The translations under genes and the position numbers were made by a program. The notes below the pieces were generated by a model, which was not told the DNA's origin, ran no database searches, and saw nothing but the letters and a program-made list of their open reading frames with translations. Source: Planctomycetota bacterium (GTDB lineage Bacteria > Planctomycetota > B15-G4). Taken from it: a stretch of DNA of 64,000 nucleotides. Positions within the stretch are counted from its first letter, which is position 1, and the number at the start of each line of letters is the position of its first letter. The DNA is taken from NCBI GenBank assembly GCA_020638905.1, contig JACKHP010000010.1, positions 37,449-101,448 on the forward strand. Direction: 5' to 3'. Below, in pieces: positions 9,366 through 18,188 of this stretch.

Positions 9366-10542
9366 GAACGCCCGAGGCGTCGACCCGCTTCCGACGCCGC
9401 GCCCGCGCGGGCGACGTCGCCGGCTCGCGCTGTCCGCGGCGCTGGTGCTCGCGCCGGCGATCCTGTTCCGCGTCGCGCTGCTGCCGTTCGAGGTCACGTC
9501 GCCGTCGATGGAGCCGGCGCTGGCCACCGGCGACCGCTACCTCGCGCTGCGCGACGCGTTCGATCCGCGTGAGCGCGAGCGCTTCGACGTGGGCTTCTTC
9601 GACGGGGAGGTCGACGCGTCCCTCGACGACGACGTCGAGTCGCTCGTGAAGCGCATCGCGTCGTGGGGAGACGAATGGGTCGAGATCGAGGGCGGCGACC
9701 TGTGGGCCGGACCCGACCCGGCGAACCTCGCGCCGGTGCGCAAGTCCGACGCCCTGGCCGAGGCGCTGCTCGTGCCCGTGCACGAGTGCGCCGGCCTGGC
9801 CCCGCCCTGGACGTTCCCCGACGCACCCGCCGACGGACGCGCGACGCGGCTCGCGGCGGGTTCGGTCCCGGTCATGGCCGACTTCGGCGAGGCCGTGCGC
9901 GACGGTGTCTGGCGCGACGGACGGCTCGTGCGCGAGGGCAGCGAGCTCGTGGCCGACACCGCGCTGCGCGTGGTCGTCGGCGAGGGTGACGGCTCGCTCG
10001 TGCTCGTGCTGCGCGAGGGCGCCGACACGTTCCGCGCGCTGCTCGCGCCGAGCGAACGGGGCGGCGCCGTCCTGGCGCACAACCTGGCCGGCGCCGAGGT
10101 CGCGGCGGCGCCCGCCTTCTCCGGACTGCACCCGGGGTCGACGGTGCTGTTCAGCAACGTCGACGACCGCGTGCGCCTGGCCGTCGACGGCGAGACGGTC
10201 TTCGCCTACGACCACGCGTCCGGTTCGCCGGGCGACCCGGGCTTCCACAACGCGCCGCGGCTGGGCGTGGTCGACGGCGCGCTCGAGCTGCGCGCGGTGT
10301 CCGTCCTGCGCGACGTGCACTACACCGCGGCCGGCGATCACGGGACGCAGCCGGGCGGCGTCCTGACCCCCTGCCGGGTGGGTCCGGGACAGGTCTTCCT
10401 GCTGGGCGACGACAGCGCCCGTTCGCGCGACAGCCGGCACTTCGGCCCCGTCCCGGTCGAGCGCCTGCTGGGACGGCCGGTGTTCTGCTACGGCCCGGCC
10501 GCGCGCCTCGGCCGCCGCGCCGCCGACGGAACGGCACCGTGA
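9346..10542 (+). CDS. signal peptidase I-like (S26 family) protein
   Basis: N-terminal TM, catalytic Ser motif SPSMEPAL (cf. SGSMxPTL) and box E-like GDDSARSRDSRHFGPV; overlaps mgtE end by 20 nt. Confidence 0.7.
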   Translation: MASSSTENARGVDPLPTPRPRGRRRRLALSAALVLAPAILFRVALLPFEVTSPSMEPALATGDRYLALRDAFDPRERERFDVGFFDGEVDASLDDDVESLVKRIASWGDEWVEIEGGDLWAGPDPANLAPVRKSDALAEALLVPVHECAGLAPPWTFPDAPADGRATRLAAGSVPVMADFGEAVRDGVWRDGRLVREGSELVADTALRVVVGEGDGSLVLVLREGADTFRALLAPSERGGAVLAHNLAGAEVAAAPAFSGLHPGSTVLFSNVDDRVRLAVDGETVFAYDHASGSPGDPGFHNAPRLGVVDGALELRAVSVLRDVHYTAAGDHGTQPGGVLTPCRVGPGQVFLLGDDSARSRDSRHFGPVPVERLLGRPVFCYGPAARLGRRAADGTAP

Positions 10543-10612
10543 AAGCGCGCAACCGTCTCGCCGGGGCGCGGTTCCGGACGCCCGAGCGACCCGACGACGG
10601 AGCGCCATCTCC

Positions 10613-11206
10613 TTGAGCGAGCCGCCCGACGGACGCGAACTCATGCTGGCCGTGGCCGCCGACCGGCCCGGAGCCTTCGAGGACCTCGTCCGCGCCTACG
10701 AGGCGCGGGTCAAGGCCGCCTGCAAGCGCTCCGTGCGCGACGTGGCCTCGGTGGACGACCTCGCCCAGGAGGTCTTCCTGCGACTGTTCCGGTCGAGGCA
10801 CCGGTACCAGCCCACGGCGCGCTTCGAGACCTTCCTCTACCGCATCATCTTCAACCTCTGCGTGAACCACACCCAGTTCAGCAACCGCCGCAGGACCTGG
10901 TCGCTCGACGCCCCAGTGGGCGGCGCCGACGACGAGGGCGCTCCGTCGTTGCCCGCCGACGAGCGCCAGGGCGCGCCGCTCGAGCTGCTCGAGGAGAGCG
11001 AGCGCGCGCTCCTCGTGCGCGAGGCGGTCGAGGAGCTGCCCGACAACCAGCGCCGCGCCCTGCTGCTGTCCCGCTTCGAGGGCCTCGGCTACGAGGAGAT
11101 CGGAGCGGTCATGGACCTCTCGCTCCAGGCGGTCAAGTCGCTGCTCTGGCGGGCGCGTGAGAACCTGCGGCGACGGCTGCAGCCGATCCTCGGAGACAAC
11201 CCATGA
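10613..11206 (+). CDS. ECF (sigma-70 family) RNA polymerase sigma factor
   Basis: TTG start; region 2 (DLAQEVFLRLFRSRHRYQPTARFETFLYRIIFNLCVNH) and region 4 (LPDNQRRALLLSRFEGLGYEEIGAVMDLSLQAVKSLLWRARENLR). Confidence 0.85.
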   Translation: MSEPPDGRELMLAVAADRPGAFEDLVRAYEARVKAACKRSVRDVASVDDLAQEVFLRLFRSRHRYQPTARFETFLYRIIFNLCVNHTQFSNRRRTWSLDAPVGGADDEGAPSLPADERQGAPLELLEESERALLVREAVEELPDNQRRALLLSRFEGLGYEEIGAVMDLSLQAVKSLLWRARENLRRRLQPILGDNP

Positions 11207-11682
11207 ACGACATCCGGCGGCAGCTCCTGCACGAGTGGATGGACGGCACGTTGCCCGACGAGCGGCGCGCCGAGGTCGAGGCGTGGCTCGGCGAGCCCGA
11301 GGTGCGGCGCTACGTCGCCGAGCACCGCGCCGTCTGGACGGCCCTGGGCGCGGCCTTCGTCGACGAGCCGATCGAGGTCTCGTCCGACTTCCGCGACGAG
11401 ACCGTGCGCCGGGCGCGCGCCGAGGAGCGGCGCGACGCGTTCAGCGCGCGCCGCTTCGCCGTGGCGCTGGCCGCCGGCCTGCTCATCGCGCTGGGACTGT
11501 TCTCGTGGTGGCGTCCGGCGCCGGCGCCGTCCGAGGCGCTCGACCCGGGTGACCACGAGGTGGTGCGCCACCTGCACGTGCTGCGCGACCTCGAGCTCGT
11601 CGAGCGCCGCAAGGCCGAGCTCGACCTGCGCGGCGAGTACGACGTGCTGATGGCCTTCGCCGGCGAGGTCGAAGAAGGATGA
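11203..11682 (+). CDS. putative anti-sigma factor (single TM)
   Basis: ATGA overlap with sigma gene; N-terminal sigma-binding-like helix, one TM (FAVALAAGLLIALGLFSWW). Confidence 0.6.
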   Translation: MNDIRRQLLHEWMDGTLPDERRAEVEAWLGEPEVRRYVAEHRAVWTALGAAFVDEPIEVSSDFRDETVRRARAEERRDAFSARRFAVALAAGLLIALGLFSWWRPAPAPSEALDPGDHEVVRHLHVLRDLELVERRKAELDLRGEYDVLMAFAGEVEEG

Positions 11683-12548
11683 GACGCGCGCTGCCGATCC
11701 TCGTCGCGGCGCTCGCGCTGCTGGGCGCCGGTTCCCTGGGCGGAGGGTTCGGGTTCACCGTGACCTCGGCCCAGAAGCTGGCCAACTACGAGGCCTGGCA
11801 ACAGCTCTCGTCCACCGAGCGGCGCGAGCTGCGCCGCGACTGGGAACAGGTCGCCGCGCTGCCCGACGACGAGCTCGACGCGCTCTCCCGACGGCACGGC
11901 GCGCTCATGCGCATGCGCCAGGACTACACCGCCGCGCACGGCCAGCCGCCCACGCTGGAAGCGCTCGACGCCGAGCTGGCCGGTCTCGCGCCGCGCATCG
12001 CGGCCGCCCTCGGCGCCTCGACGACCGACCCGGCCGAACTCTCGCGTCTGGTCGACGAGCGCATCGCGCGCGCGCTCGCGGCGTTCCTCGACAACCTGGA
12101 GCGCTCGGGCGAGATCGGGACGACCGAGCGCGAGTGGCTGGACAGCCTGCCGCTGCCCGAGCTCGTCCAGGAGAGCCTCAAGCTGCAGAAGCGCCAGGAC
12201 CTGTTCCTGTTCGTCGAGCGCAACGCGCCCGATCAGGGCGAGCAGCTCATGGAGCTGCAGGAACTCGACCCGCTCGACGCCATCGACCGCCTCGACCAGC
12301 ATCGGCGCCGCGAGGGCTTCCTGGGCCGGGCGGGGAGCATCCTCGAGCTCACCGACGCGCAGCTGGCCGAGCTGCGTTCGTCCACGGATCGCGACGCGGT
12401 GCGGCTGCTGAAGCGCATGCTCAAGCCGCGCATCGCCGAGTTGCTGGCCGCCGCAGGCAAGGCCCCCGAGAAGATCGACCAGGTTCTGCGCCTGCCGCCG
12501 CGCCAGCTCGAGCGCACGCTCAACCAGCTCCTGCGCGAGGCCAAGTGA
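11679..12548 (+). CDS. secreted helical repeat protein, DUF3106-like
   Basis: Overlaps anti-sigma stop; signal peptide MRRALPILVAALALLGAGS; repeated LSxxERRELRRDWEQ-type helices typical of periplasmic proteins following ECF/anti-sigma pairs. Confidence 0.5.
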   Translation: MRRALPILVAALALLGAGSLGGGFGFTVTSAQKLANYEAWQQLSSTERRELRRDWEQVAALPDDELDALSRRHGALMRMRQDYTAAHGQPPTLEALDAELAGLAPRIAAALGASTTDPAELSRLVDERIARALAAFLDNLERSGEIGTTEREWLDSLPLPELVQESLKLQKRQDLFLFVERNAPDQGEQLMELQELDPLDAIDRLDQHRRREGFLGRAGSILELTDAQLAELRSSTDRDAVRLLKRMLKPRIAELLAAAGKAPEKIDQVLRLPPRQLERTLNQLLREAK

Positions 12549-12597
12549 ACGCTCGCCCGGCGCGTCGCTATCATGGCGCGCGCCACGGAGGTCGAGC

Positions 12598-13446
12598 GTG
12601 CGGTTCGTCAAGGTCGAGGGTGCGGGCAACGACTACGTGCTGGTCGACGGGTTCGACGGCATTCCCGACGACCCGGCCGCGCTCTCGCGCGCGGTGAGCG
12701 ACCGCCACCGCGGGATCGGCTCCGACGGACTCATCGTGCTCGCCGCGCCCGGACCCGGGTCGCTCGCGCACGCCCGCATGCGCATGTGGAACGCCGACGG
12801 CAGCGAGGGACGCATGTGCGGCAACGGGCTGCGCTGCGTCGTGCGCTGGCTGGTCGAGAGCGGACGCGCGTCGCCGGACGGGGTCGTGCGCGTCGACACG
12901 GCCGCGGGCCCCCGCGAGGGACGGGTGCTGGACGGCGAGACCGTCGAGGTCACGATGGGCGTGCCCGACTTCCGTCCCGAGGCGCTGCCGGCGCTGCTGC
13001 CCGGCGACGGACACGACCCGTGCGAGCACGCGCTGCCCGACGGCCTGGCAGCCGATCCCGACGTGGCGTTCGGCGTCTCGATCGGCAATCCGCACCTCGT
13101 GGTGCGCGTGTCCGACCCGGCGCGTGTCGACCTCGGGCGTTTCGGCGCGGCCCTCGAGCGTTCGCCCGAGCTGCCCGAGGGCGCGAACGTGCACTTCACC
13201 TCGGGTCCGCGCGACGGACGTGTCACGGTGCGTCCGTGGGAACGGGGATCGGGCGCGACCCAGGCCTGCGGCACGGGCGCCGTGGCGGTGGCCGTCGTGG
13301 CCATGCGGCTGGGCTGGACGCCGACCGGCGCGCTGCTCGTCCAGATGCCCGGCGGTGCCCTCGGCGTGCGCTGGGACGGGCGCGGTCCGGCCTGGCTGGC
13401 CGGCCCCGCGCGGCTGCCCTTCCGCGGCGAATGGAGCGCCTCGTGA
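12598..13446 (+). CDS. dapF: diaminopimelate epimerase
   Basis: N-terminal FVKVEGAGNDYVLVD and catalytic Cys motifs (CGNGLRC, ACGTGAVAV). Confidence 0.9.
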   Translation: MRFVKVEGAGNDYVLVDGFDGIPDDPAALSRAVSDRHRGIGSDGLIVLAAPGPGSLAHARMRMWNADGSEGRMCGNGLRCVVRWLVESGRASPDGVVRVDTAAGPREGRVLDGETVEVTMGVPDFRPEALPALLPGDGHDPCEHALPDGLAADPDVAFGVSIGNPHLVVRVSDPARVDLGRFGAALERSPELPEGANVHFTSGPRDGRVTVRPWERGSGATQACGTGAVAVAVVAMRLGWTPTGALLVQMPGGALGVRWDGRGPAWLAGPARLPFRGEWSAS

Positions 13447-16187
13447 TCGCGCTTCCGGCCGTGGCGGCGGCGGTGCTGCTGGCGCGCCTGCTGCTCGCGG
13501 GCAGCGACATCGACCTCGGTCCGGCGGCCTGCGTGTCGGCTCCGTCGGTACTGGCGCTGGCCGTCGGGCTCGGACTCGTGCTGCGCGCGCGCCGGCCGAC
13601 GCTCGTCCCGACGCTGGGGATCGCGCTGCTGGTGCCCGCGCGCGGCCTGCTGGTCGACCTCTCGGCCGCGCTCTGGCCGCTCTCCCAGGGCGGGACGACC
13701 CTCGCGGCGCTGCTCTCGTTGGCGCCCGTCGGCTTCCTGCTCGGCCGCGCGCTCGCCCCGCTGATCGACGACGGCGTCGTCCCCGCCGTCCTGGGCTGGA
13801 TGCTCGGCGAGATCCTGGCGTACGTCGGTGCGGTGGGACGCATGCCGGGCGAGCTGTCGGGCTTCTCGGTGGCGGTGCTGCTGGCGGCGCTCGTCGAGTT
13901 GCACGAGCGGCGGCGCGCGCCGTCCGCCCCCCAGGGCGCGGAGTCCGACGAACGCGACGCTCCGGCCTGGGAGGCGTTGCCACCGGCCGCGGCGTTCGCG
14001 CTGCTGTTCGTCTGCGTGCGGCGCATCGCGCCCGCGTACGCCGAGCCGGGCGCGCAGCCCGGCGTGAGCCTGACGCTGGCGTTCCTGGCCCAGGCGCTCG
14101 TGGTGCTGCTCCCGGTGCGGGTGCTCGCGAGCGGGACGACGGCGCGACGCGTGCTCTTCGCCGCCGGCTGCCTCGCGCTGGGCGTCGCGCTCTGGCTGAC
14201 CTCCGGCAACCTGGACGTCTGGCGTGTCCCGATGCTCAAGCAGCAGGTGACGTGGACCATGCACAACCACGTCTGGGCGCATCTCGGGCTGCTCGACGCG
14301 TGGTGGGCGTGGCTGTTGTTCCTCTTCGTCGGCTACGGCGCGGCGGGTCTCGGACTGTTGCTCGGAGCGCTGCGACGCGGGGCGGCCGGTCCGCTGCTGA
14401 TCGGCCTCGGCCTCGGGCTCGTCGCCGAGTCGCTGGTGGACGTCGAGCCGCTCGCGGCGCCGCGCCACCTGCTGCTCGCGGGCGTGGGCGTCGCGTGCGT
14501 CTCGGCGCTCGGCGCGTGGCGCCCCCGGGCGGCGTTCGCGGCCCCGCTGGGCGTGGCGTTCGTGCTCGTGCCGCTCGACTCCCCGCCGGACTTCGCCGCC
14601 ATCACGCGCGTCGGCGAGCCCACGAGCGAGGGCTTCGTGCGGCGGCTGCCGGCCGACGTCGTCGTCTCGTGTGCGTTCGGACCCGACACGTCGGTGCGTG
14701 ACTCGCGGCGTTGCTACGCCGACACGTTCACCCGACGCGTGCACGTCTCGGCGCGGGACGAGATCGAGCGCCTCGCCGAGCAGTGGACGAGCGAGGACAC
14801 CGCCCGGCCCGAGCCGGGCGAGTTCGTGCGGCGTCCGGGCGCGCTGGCCGGCGACGACGACGGGGCCGATGCTCCGGCCGACGTCGACCCGTTCGACCTG
14901 CGCGCGGAGGACGCGCTCGCCGCCCGGCACTACGGTCTGCGCGTGGCCGGCGCCGCGGCCTCTCCCGGGCACGATCCGCTCGGCGTCGAGGGCGCCCTGG
15001 GACGGCTCGACCGCCTGTTCGGCGTGCGTGGGCCGGCGGCCGTGACGGGCACCGCGGGCGAGCTGGCGGCGGCCGACCTCGTGGACGCGGGGCTGTGCCG
15101 TCCCGACGAGATCGTGCTCGCGAGCGCGGCGCCGCTCACGCTCGAGATGACGCGCGTGTTGCTGGCCGACTACGGCTCGGCCGGATACCTGGGCCTGGCC
15201 GACGGCGATCCGGCGGGATGGCTGCGCGCGCGCGCGCCGCAGAGCTGTGCGACGTTCGTCGTGGCGCCCGAGCGCGGGGCCTGGCCGGCGTCCGGGGCGG
15301 CGTTGGCCGTCGAGTCGCTGCGTCGCGCACGCGAGACGTTGCGTCCCGACGGACGCTGCCTGATCTGGATCGACACGGGTGAGCTCGACGCGCGGGCGCT
15401 GCGGGCCAGGCTGGCGGCCGCGGGTGCGGTCTTCGGAGAGCGCGCGGCGTGCTTCGTCGAGATGCGCGGGCTCGACGCGCCCTGGCTGCTCGTGCTGGGC
15501 TGGCGCGACGACGCCGGACGTCCGCGGGCTGCCGACGTGTCGCTCGAGCTGCCGTGGCCCGAGGCCTCGGGCGTGCGCACGCGCCTGCGCGATCTCGACG
15601 ACCTGGCGGCGATGCTGCTGCTCGACGGGCCGGGTCTGTTGAGCCTCGCCGACGACGGTCCCGTCCATCGCCGCGGACGGCCGGTGCCGTCCGACGCGAT
15701 CGCGCCGACGGGCTGGTCGGCGGTGGCAGCGCTGCTGCCGGAGCTTCCGCCGGCTCGGCTCGATCGCGCCCTCGACGGCGCGCCGCCGACGAGCGTCCCG
15801 CTCGAGCCGGTGGCCTCGGCGCTGGCGGCGCACGCGTCGTACAGCTTCCATCTCTCGCTCGTGCGCGGCAGCGAGATCCTCGAGATCGTGCCCGACATCG
15901 ATTGGGACGCCTTCGAGCGCGAGGTCGACGCCTGGGCCGCCGCGGCGGCGAGCGTCCCGGGACACCCGCTGTTGCACGTGGGGCTGGCCACGCTGCTCGA
16001 GACGCTGGCGGTCGAAGGCGACTACTCGCGCTTCGCGGCGGTCTGGCAGCGTGTCGATGGAGACCGGCTCGAGAGCTGGCGCCTGGCCGTGCTCAAGGCC
16101 AAGGTGCTGCGTCAGATGCTCGAACCCGAACAGGCCTGGGATTCGCTCGATCGCGCGCGCGAACTGGCCGGGCTGCCACCGCGCTGA
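13431..16187 (+). CDS. large polytopic membrane protein with C-terminal soluble domain (possible spermidine synthase-like/MTase fold)
   Basis: ATG 13431 (MERLVIALPAV) in frame of track ORF 12573..16187, overlaps dapF by 16 nt; >10 predicted TM helices then ~400 aa soluble region; C-terminal domain assignment is tentative. Confidence 0.6.
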   Translation: MERLVIALPAVAAAVLLARLLLAGSDIDLGPAACVSAPSVLALAVGLGLVLRARRPTLVPTLGIALLVPARGLLVDLSAALWPLSQGGTTLAALLSLAPVGFLLGRALAPLIDDGVVPAVLGWMLGEILAYVGAVGRMPGELSGFSVAVLLAALVELHERRRAPSAPQGAESDERDAPAWEALPPAAAFALLFVCVRRIAPAYAEPGAQPGVSLTLAFLAQALVVLLPVRVLASGTTARRVLFAAGCLALGVALWLTSGNLDVWRVPMLKQQVTWTMHNHVWAHLGLLDAWWAWLLFLFVGYGAAGLGLLLGALRRGAAGPLLIGLGLGLVAESLVDVEPLAAPRHLLLAGVGVACVSALGAWRPRAAFAAPLGVAFVLVPLDSPPDFAAITRVGEPTSEGFVRRLPADVVVSCAFGPDTSVRDSRRCYADTFTRRVHVSARDEIERLAEQWTSEDTARPEPGEFVRRPGALAGDDDGADAPADVDPFDLRAEDALAARHYGLRVAGAAASPGHDPLGVEGALGRLDRLFGVRGPAAVTGTAGELAAADLVDAGLCRPDEIVLASAAPLTLEMTRVLLADYGSAGYLGLADGDPAGWLRARAPQSCATFVVAPERGAWPASGAALAVESLRRARETLRPDGRCLIWIDTGELDARALRARLAAAGAVFGERAACFVEMRGLDAPWLLVLGWRDDAGRPRAADVSLELPWPEASGVRTRLRDLDDLAAMLLLDGPGLLSLADDGPVHRRGRPVPSDAIAPTGWSAVAALLPELPPARLDRALDGAPPTSVPLEPVASALAAHASYSFHLSLVRGSEILEIVPDIDWDAFEREVDAWAAAAASVPGHPLLHVGLATLLETLAVEGDYSRFAAVWQRVDGDRLESWRLAVLKAKVLRQMLEPEQAWDSLDRARELAGLPPR

Positions 16188-16201
16188 GCCGCGGATGACC
16201 G

Positions 16202-16235
16202 AGGCCCGCCCCGGGTCACGGGACGGGCCTCGAGC
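16202..16235. terminator. GC-rich hairpin between convergent genes (candidate bidirectional terminator)
   Basis: Inverted repeat GAGGCCCG...CGGGCCTC in the 72 nt gap between convergent CDS 13431..16187 (+) and 16260..16922 (-). Confidence 0.35.
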
Positions 16236-16259
16236 GGGCGCCGGGGAGGAGGCGTCGCT

Positions 16260-16922
16260 TCAGCTCGCCAGCAGGTCGACGGTGGCGGCCGCGAGTTCGC
16301 GGGAGGGGCCGCCGGGCGCGCGGGCCAGCAACCGCACGCGGAAGGTGCCGGGGTCGAGCACCTCGAAGGTCTGGGGTTCGCCCGTGAACGGGCGCTTGCA
16401 GCGCACGGCGTCGCCGTCCTCGAAGACCAGCGAGGCCGCTTCGCCGGGACGCAGGTCGGTCGGCGCCGAGCCGCGCACGACGAGTCGTACCGCGCCCGCC
16501 GGCTCGCGCTGGACGAGCAGCTCGTCGAGTCCGCCTCCCGGGCCCGCCAGGGCCAGGACGTCGCCGTCGGCCGCGCCGCGCACGCCGCCCAACGCGGCCA
16601 CGTGACCGCCGGCCGAGGGCAGCAACCGGTGCTCGGCCGCGTTCAGGAACTGCAGGCCGCGCTCGAGCAGCCGCGCCACCACGCGGAACACCGGGGACGA
16701 GCCGCGCACCCGCTCGGCGGCCAGGTCGAGCGCGACCGCCAGCACGGTGTGGCAGTCGGCGCAGCCCAGGGCGTGCCGCTCGACGCGCAGGCGGTCGGCG
16801 CCGGTCAGGGCCGCGTCGACGAACCCGGCCAGCAACTCGTCGGACGGGCAGTCGGCACCGGACGAAGCCGGTCGGCGGGAGAGCCCGCGGGCGCGGAAGA
16901 CGAGGTCGATGGGGTCGTTCAT
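16260..16922 (-). CDS. zinc-binding (ZAS-type) anti-sigma factor
   Basis: HALGCADCH = HxxxCxxC ZAS motif near N-terminus; lies directly downstream of ECF sigma 17119..18045 on same strand. Confidence 0.6.
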   Translation of the reverse strand: MNDPIDLVFRARGLSRRPASSGADCPSDELLAGFVDAALTGADRLRVERHALGCADCHTVLAVALDLAAERVRGSSPVFRVVARLLERGLQFLNAAEHRLLPSAGGHVAALGGVRGAADGDVLALAGPGGGLDELLVQREPAGAVRLVVRGSAPTDLRPGEAASLVFEDGDAVRCKRPFTGEPQTFEVLDPGTFRVRLLARAPGGPSRELAAATVDLLAS

Positions 16923-17118
16923 GGCTCTTTTCCCCGGGAGGGGGACTCGCAGCGGCGGTCGGACAGAGCCAGGAGACGCCCCCGTGCCGACCTTCTGACA
17001 GGCCCTCGGCCCCGGCGTCGCGACCCCGCCGCGGGCCGCCGGGCCGGACGGCGCGCCCGGGGTCCCGGGAGGCTCGTCGGGAGCGGCGCGGGGCGGCGAC
17101 GGGGAAGCCGGCCCGCGG

Positions 17119-18045
17119 TCACGGGTCGACCCGCTCGACGAGTTCCTCGAGGATCTCGGCCGCCACTTGGCGGCCGTCGCGCTTGCCGCCGGCCATGCGG
17201 TCGATCTCGGCCTCGCTGCACTGGAAGCGCGGATAGGCCGTGAGCACGTGTCCGATGAGCGCGCGCTGCTTCGCGCCCGGCTGCAGCAGCGCCGCCTGGA
17301 TGCGCCGCGGCGGTACGTGCAGCAGACGCTGCAGCGGCTCGGCCACGGACGGCACGAGCAGGTCCTTGTCGGGCGCGCGCCGGTTGCGCGAGTAGCCGCC
17401 CTCCGCGAAGCGCTGCGTCATCTGGTCCTTCGCGCGTTTGTAGAGCGCGTCGATGTTGGCGCGCGAGGTGGCCATCACGTCGGCGATCGTCTCGCGCTGC
17501 ACGCCCTCGAAGACCCACAGCACCGACGAGACGCGCTTCCACTCGAGCGCGAAGAGCAGGTTGTGGAAGATGTCGAGCTGCTCGCCCTCGAGGCTCTCGC
17601 CCACGGGGCCGAGGCCGCGCGTGTCCTCGGGTTCGGCCTGGGGCGCCTCGTCGTCGTCGGGCATGCCGCCGCGCGCGCGCGGGTGGCGCTTCCACTTGCG
17701 CAGCTCGTCGAGCGCGAAGCGCGTGGCCACGACCTGCAGGAAGGTCGCCATGCTGCAGTTGTTGCGTCCCTGGAAGGCGCGCAGCTTCTGGTAGTCGTTG
17801 CGCGCCAGCGCGAGCACGAACGACTGGTACAGGTCGTCCATGTAGTCGGCCGGGAAGGCGAAGCCCTTGCCGTAGAAGACCGAGAAGACGAGCGAGCGGT
17901 AGCGGTCGAGGAACTGCTCGAAGGCGGGCGGATCGCCGGACAGGACTCGGTCCAACAGCTCCTTCTGATCGTCTTTCATCGGGGCGGGATCGCCGTCGCT
18001 CGCTCGCTCGCCGACCGGGGCGTCCGGAGGGTTCCGAGACGTCAT
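17119..18045 (-). CDS. ECF sigma factor with C-terminal extension (true start possibly Met at 17979)
   Basis: Region 2 (YMDDLYQSFVLALARN...ATFLQVVATRFALDELRKWKR) and region 4 (VFEGVQRETIADVMATSRANIDALYKRAKDQM) followed by ~100 aa tail. Confidence 0.75.
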   Translation of the reverse strand: MTSRNPPDAPVGERASDGDPAPMKDDQKELLDRVLSGDPPAFEQFLDRYRSLVFSVFYGKGFAFPADYMDDLYQSFVLALARNDYQKLRAFQGRNNCSMATFLQVVATRFALDELRKWKRHPRARGGMPDDDEAPQAEPEDTRGLGPVGESLEGEQLDIFHNLLFALEWKRVSSVLWVFEGVQRETIADVMATSRANIDALYKRAKDQMTQRFAEGGYSRNRRAPDKDLLVPSVAEPLQRLLHVPPRRIQAALLQPGAKQRALIGHVLTAYPRFQCSEAEIDRMAGGKRDGRQVAAEILEELVERVDP

Positions 18046-18188
18046 CGTAAGCCCAGGTCGGACAGGATCTTACACGTCCGCGCCTGCATTGAAACATGAG
18101 CCCCGATGGGGGATGATGCGGTGTTGCCCGACAGCCCGGCTTCGCCGCGGCTGCCGTGGGCCTCCGACCCCTGCCGAGCCTCGTCACC

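Noticed and set aside
7554-9527. 657-aa minus-strand ORF antisense to mgtE
   Set aside because: mgtE on the plus strand has CBS and MgtE TM signatures. The antisense translation is low complexity.
12573-13430. N-terminal 286 codons of 1204-aa ORF 12573..16187 overlapping dapF
   Set aside because: Arg-rich nonsense translation in the alternative frame of dapF. The real gene starts at ATG 13431 with a hydrophobic N-terminus.
12633-15977. 1114-aa minus-strand ORF antisense to dapF and the large membrane protein
   Set aside because: Extreme Arg/Gly/Pro composition, no domain signatures. It is antisense to well-supported plus-strand genes and is a high-GC artefact.
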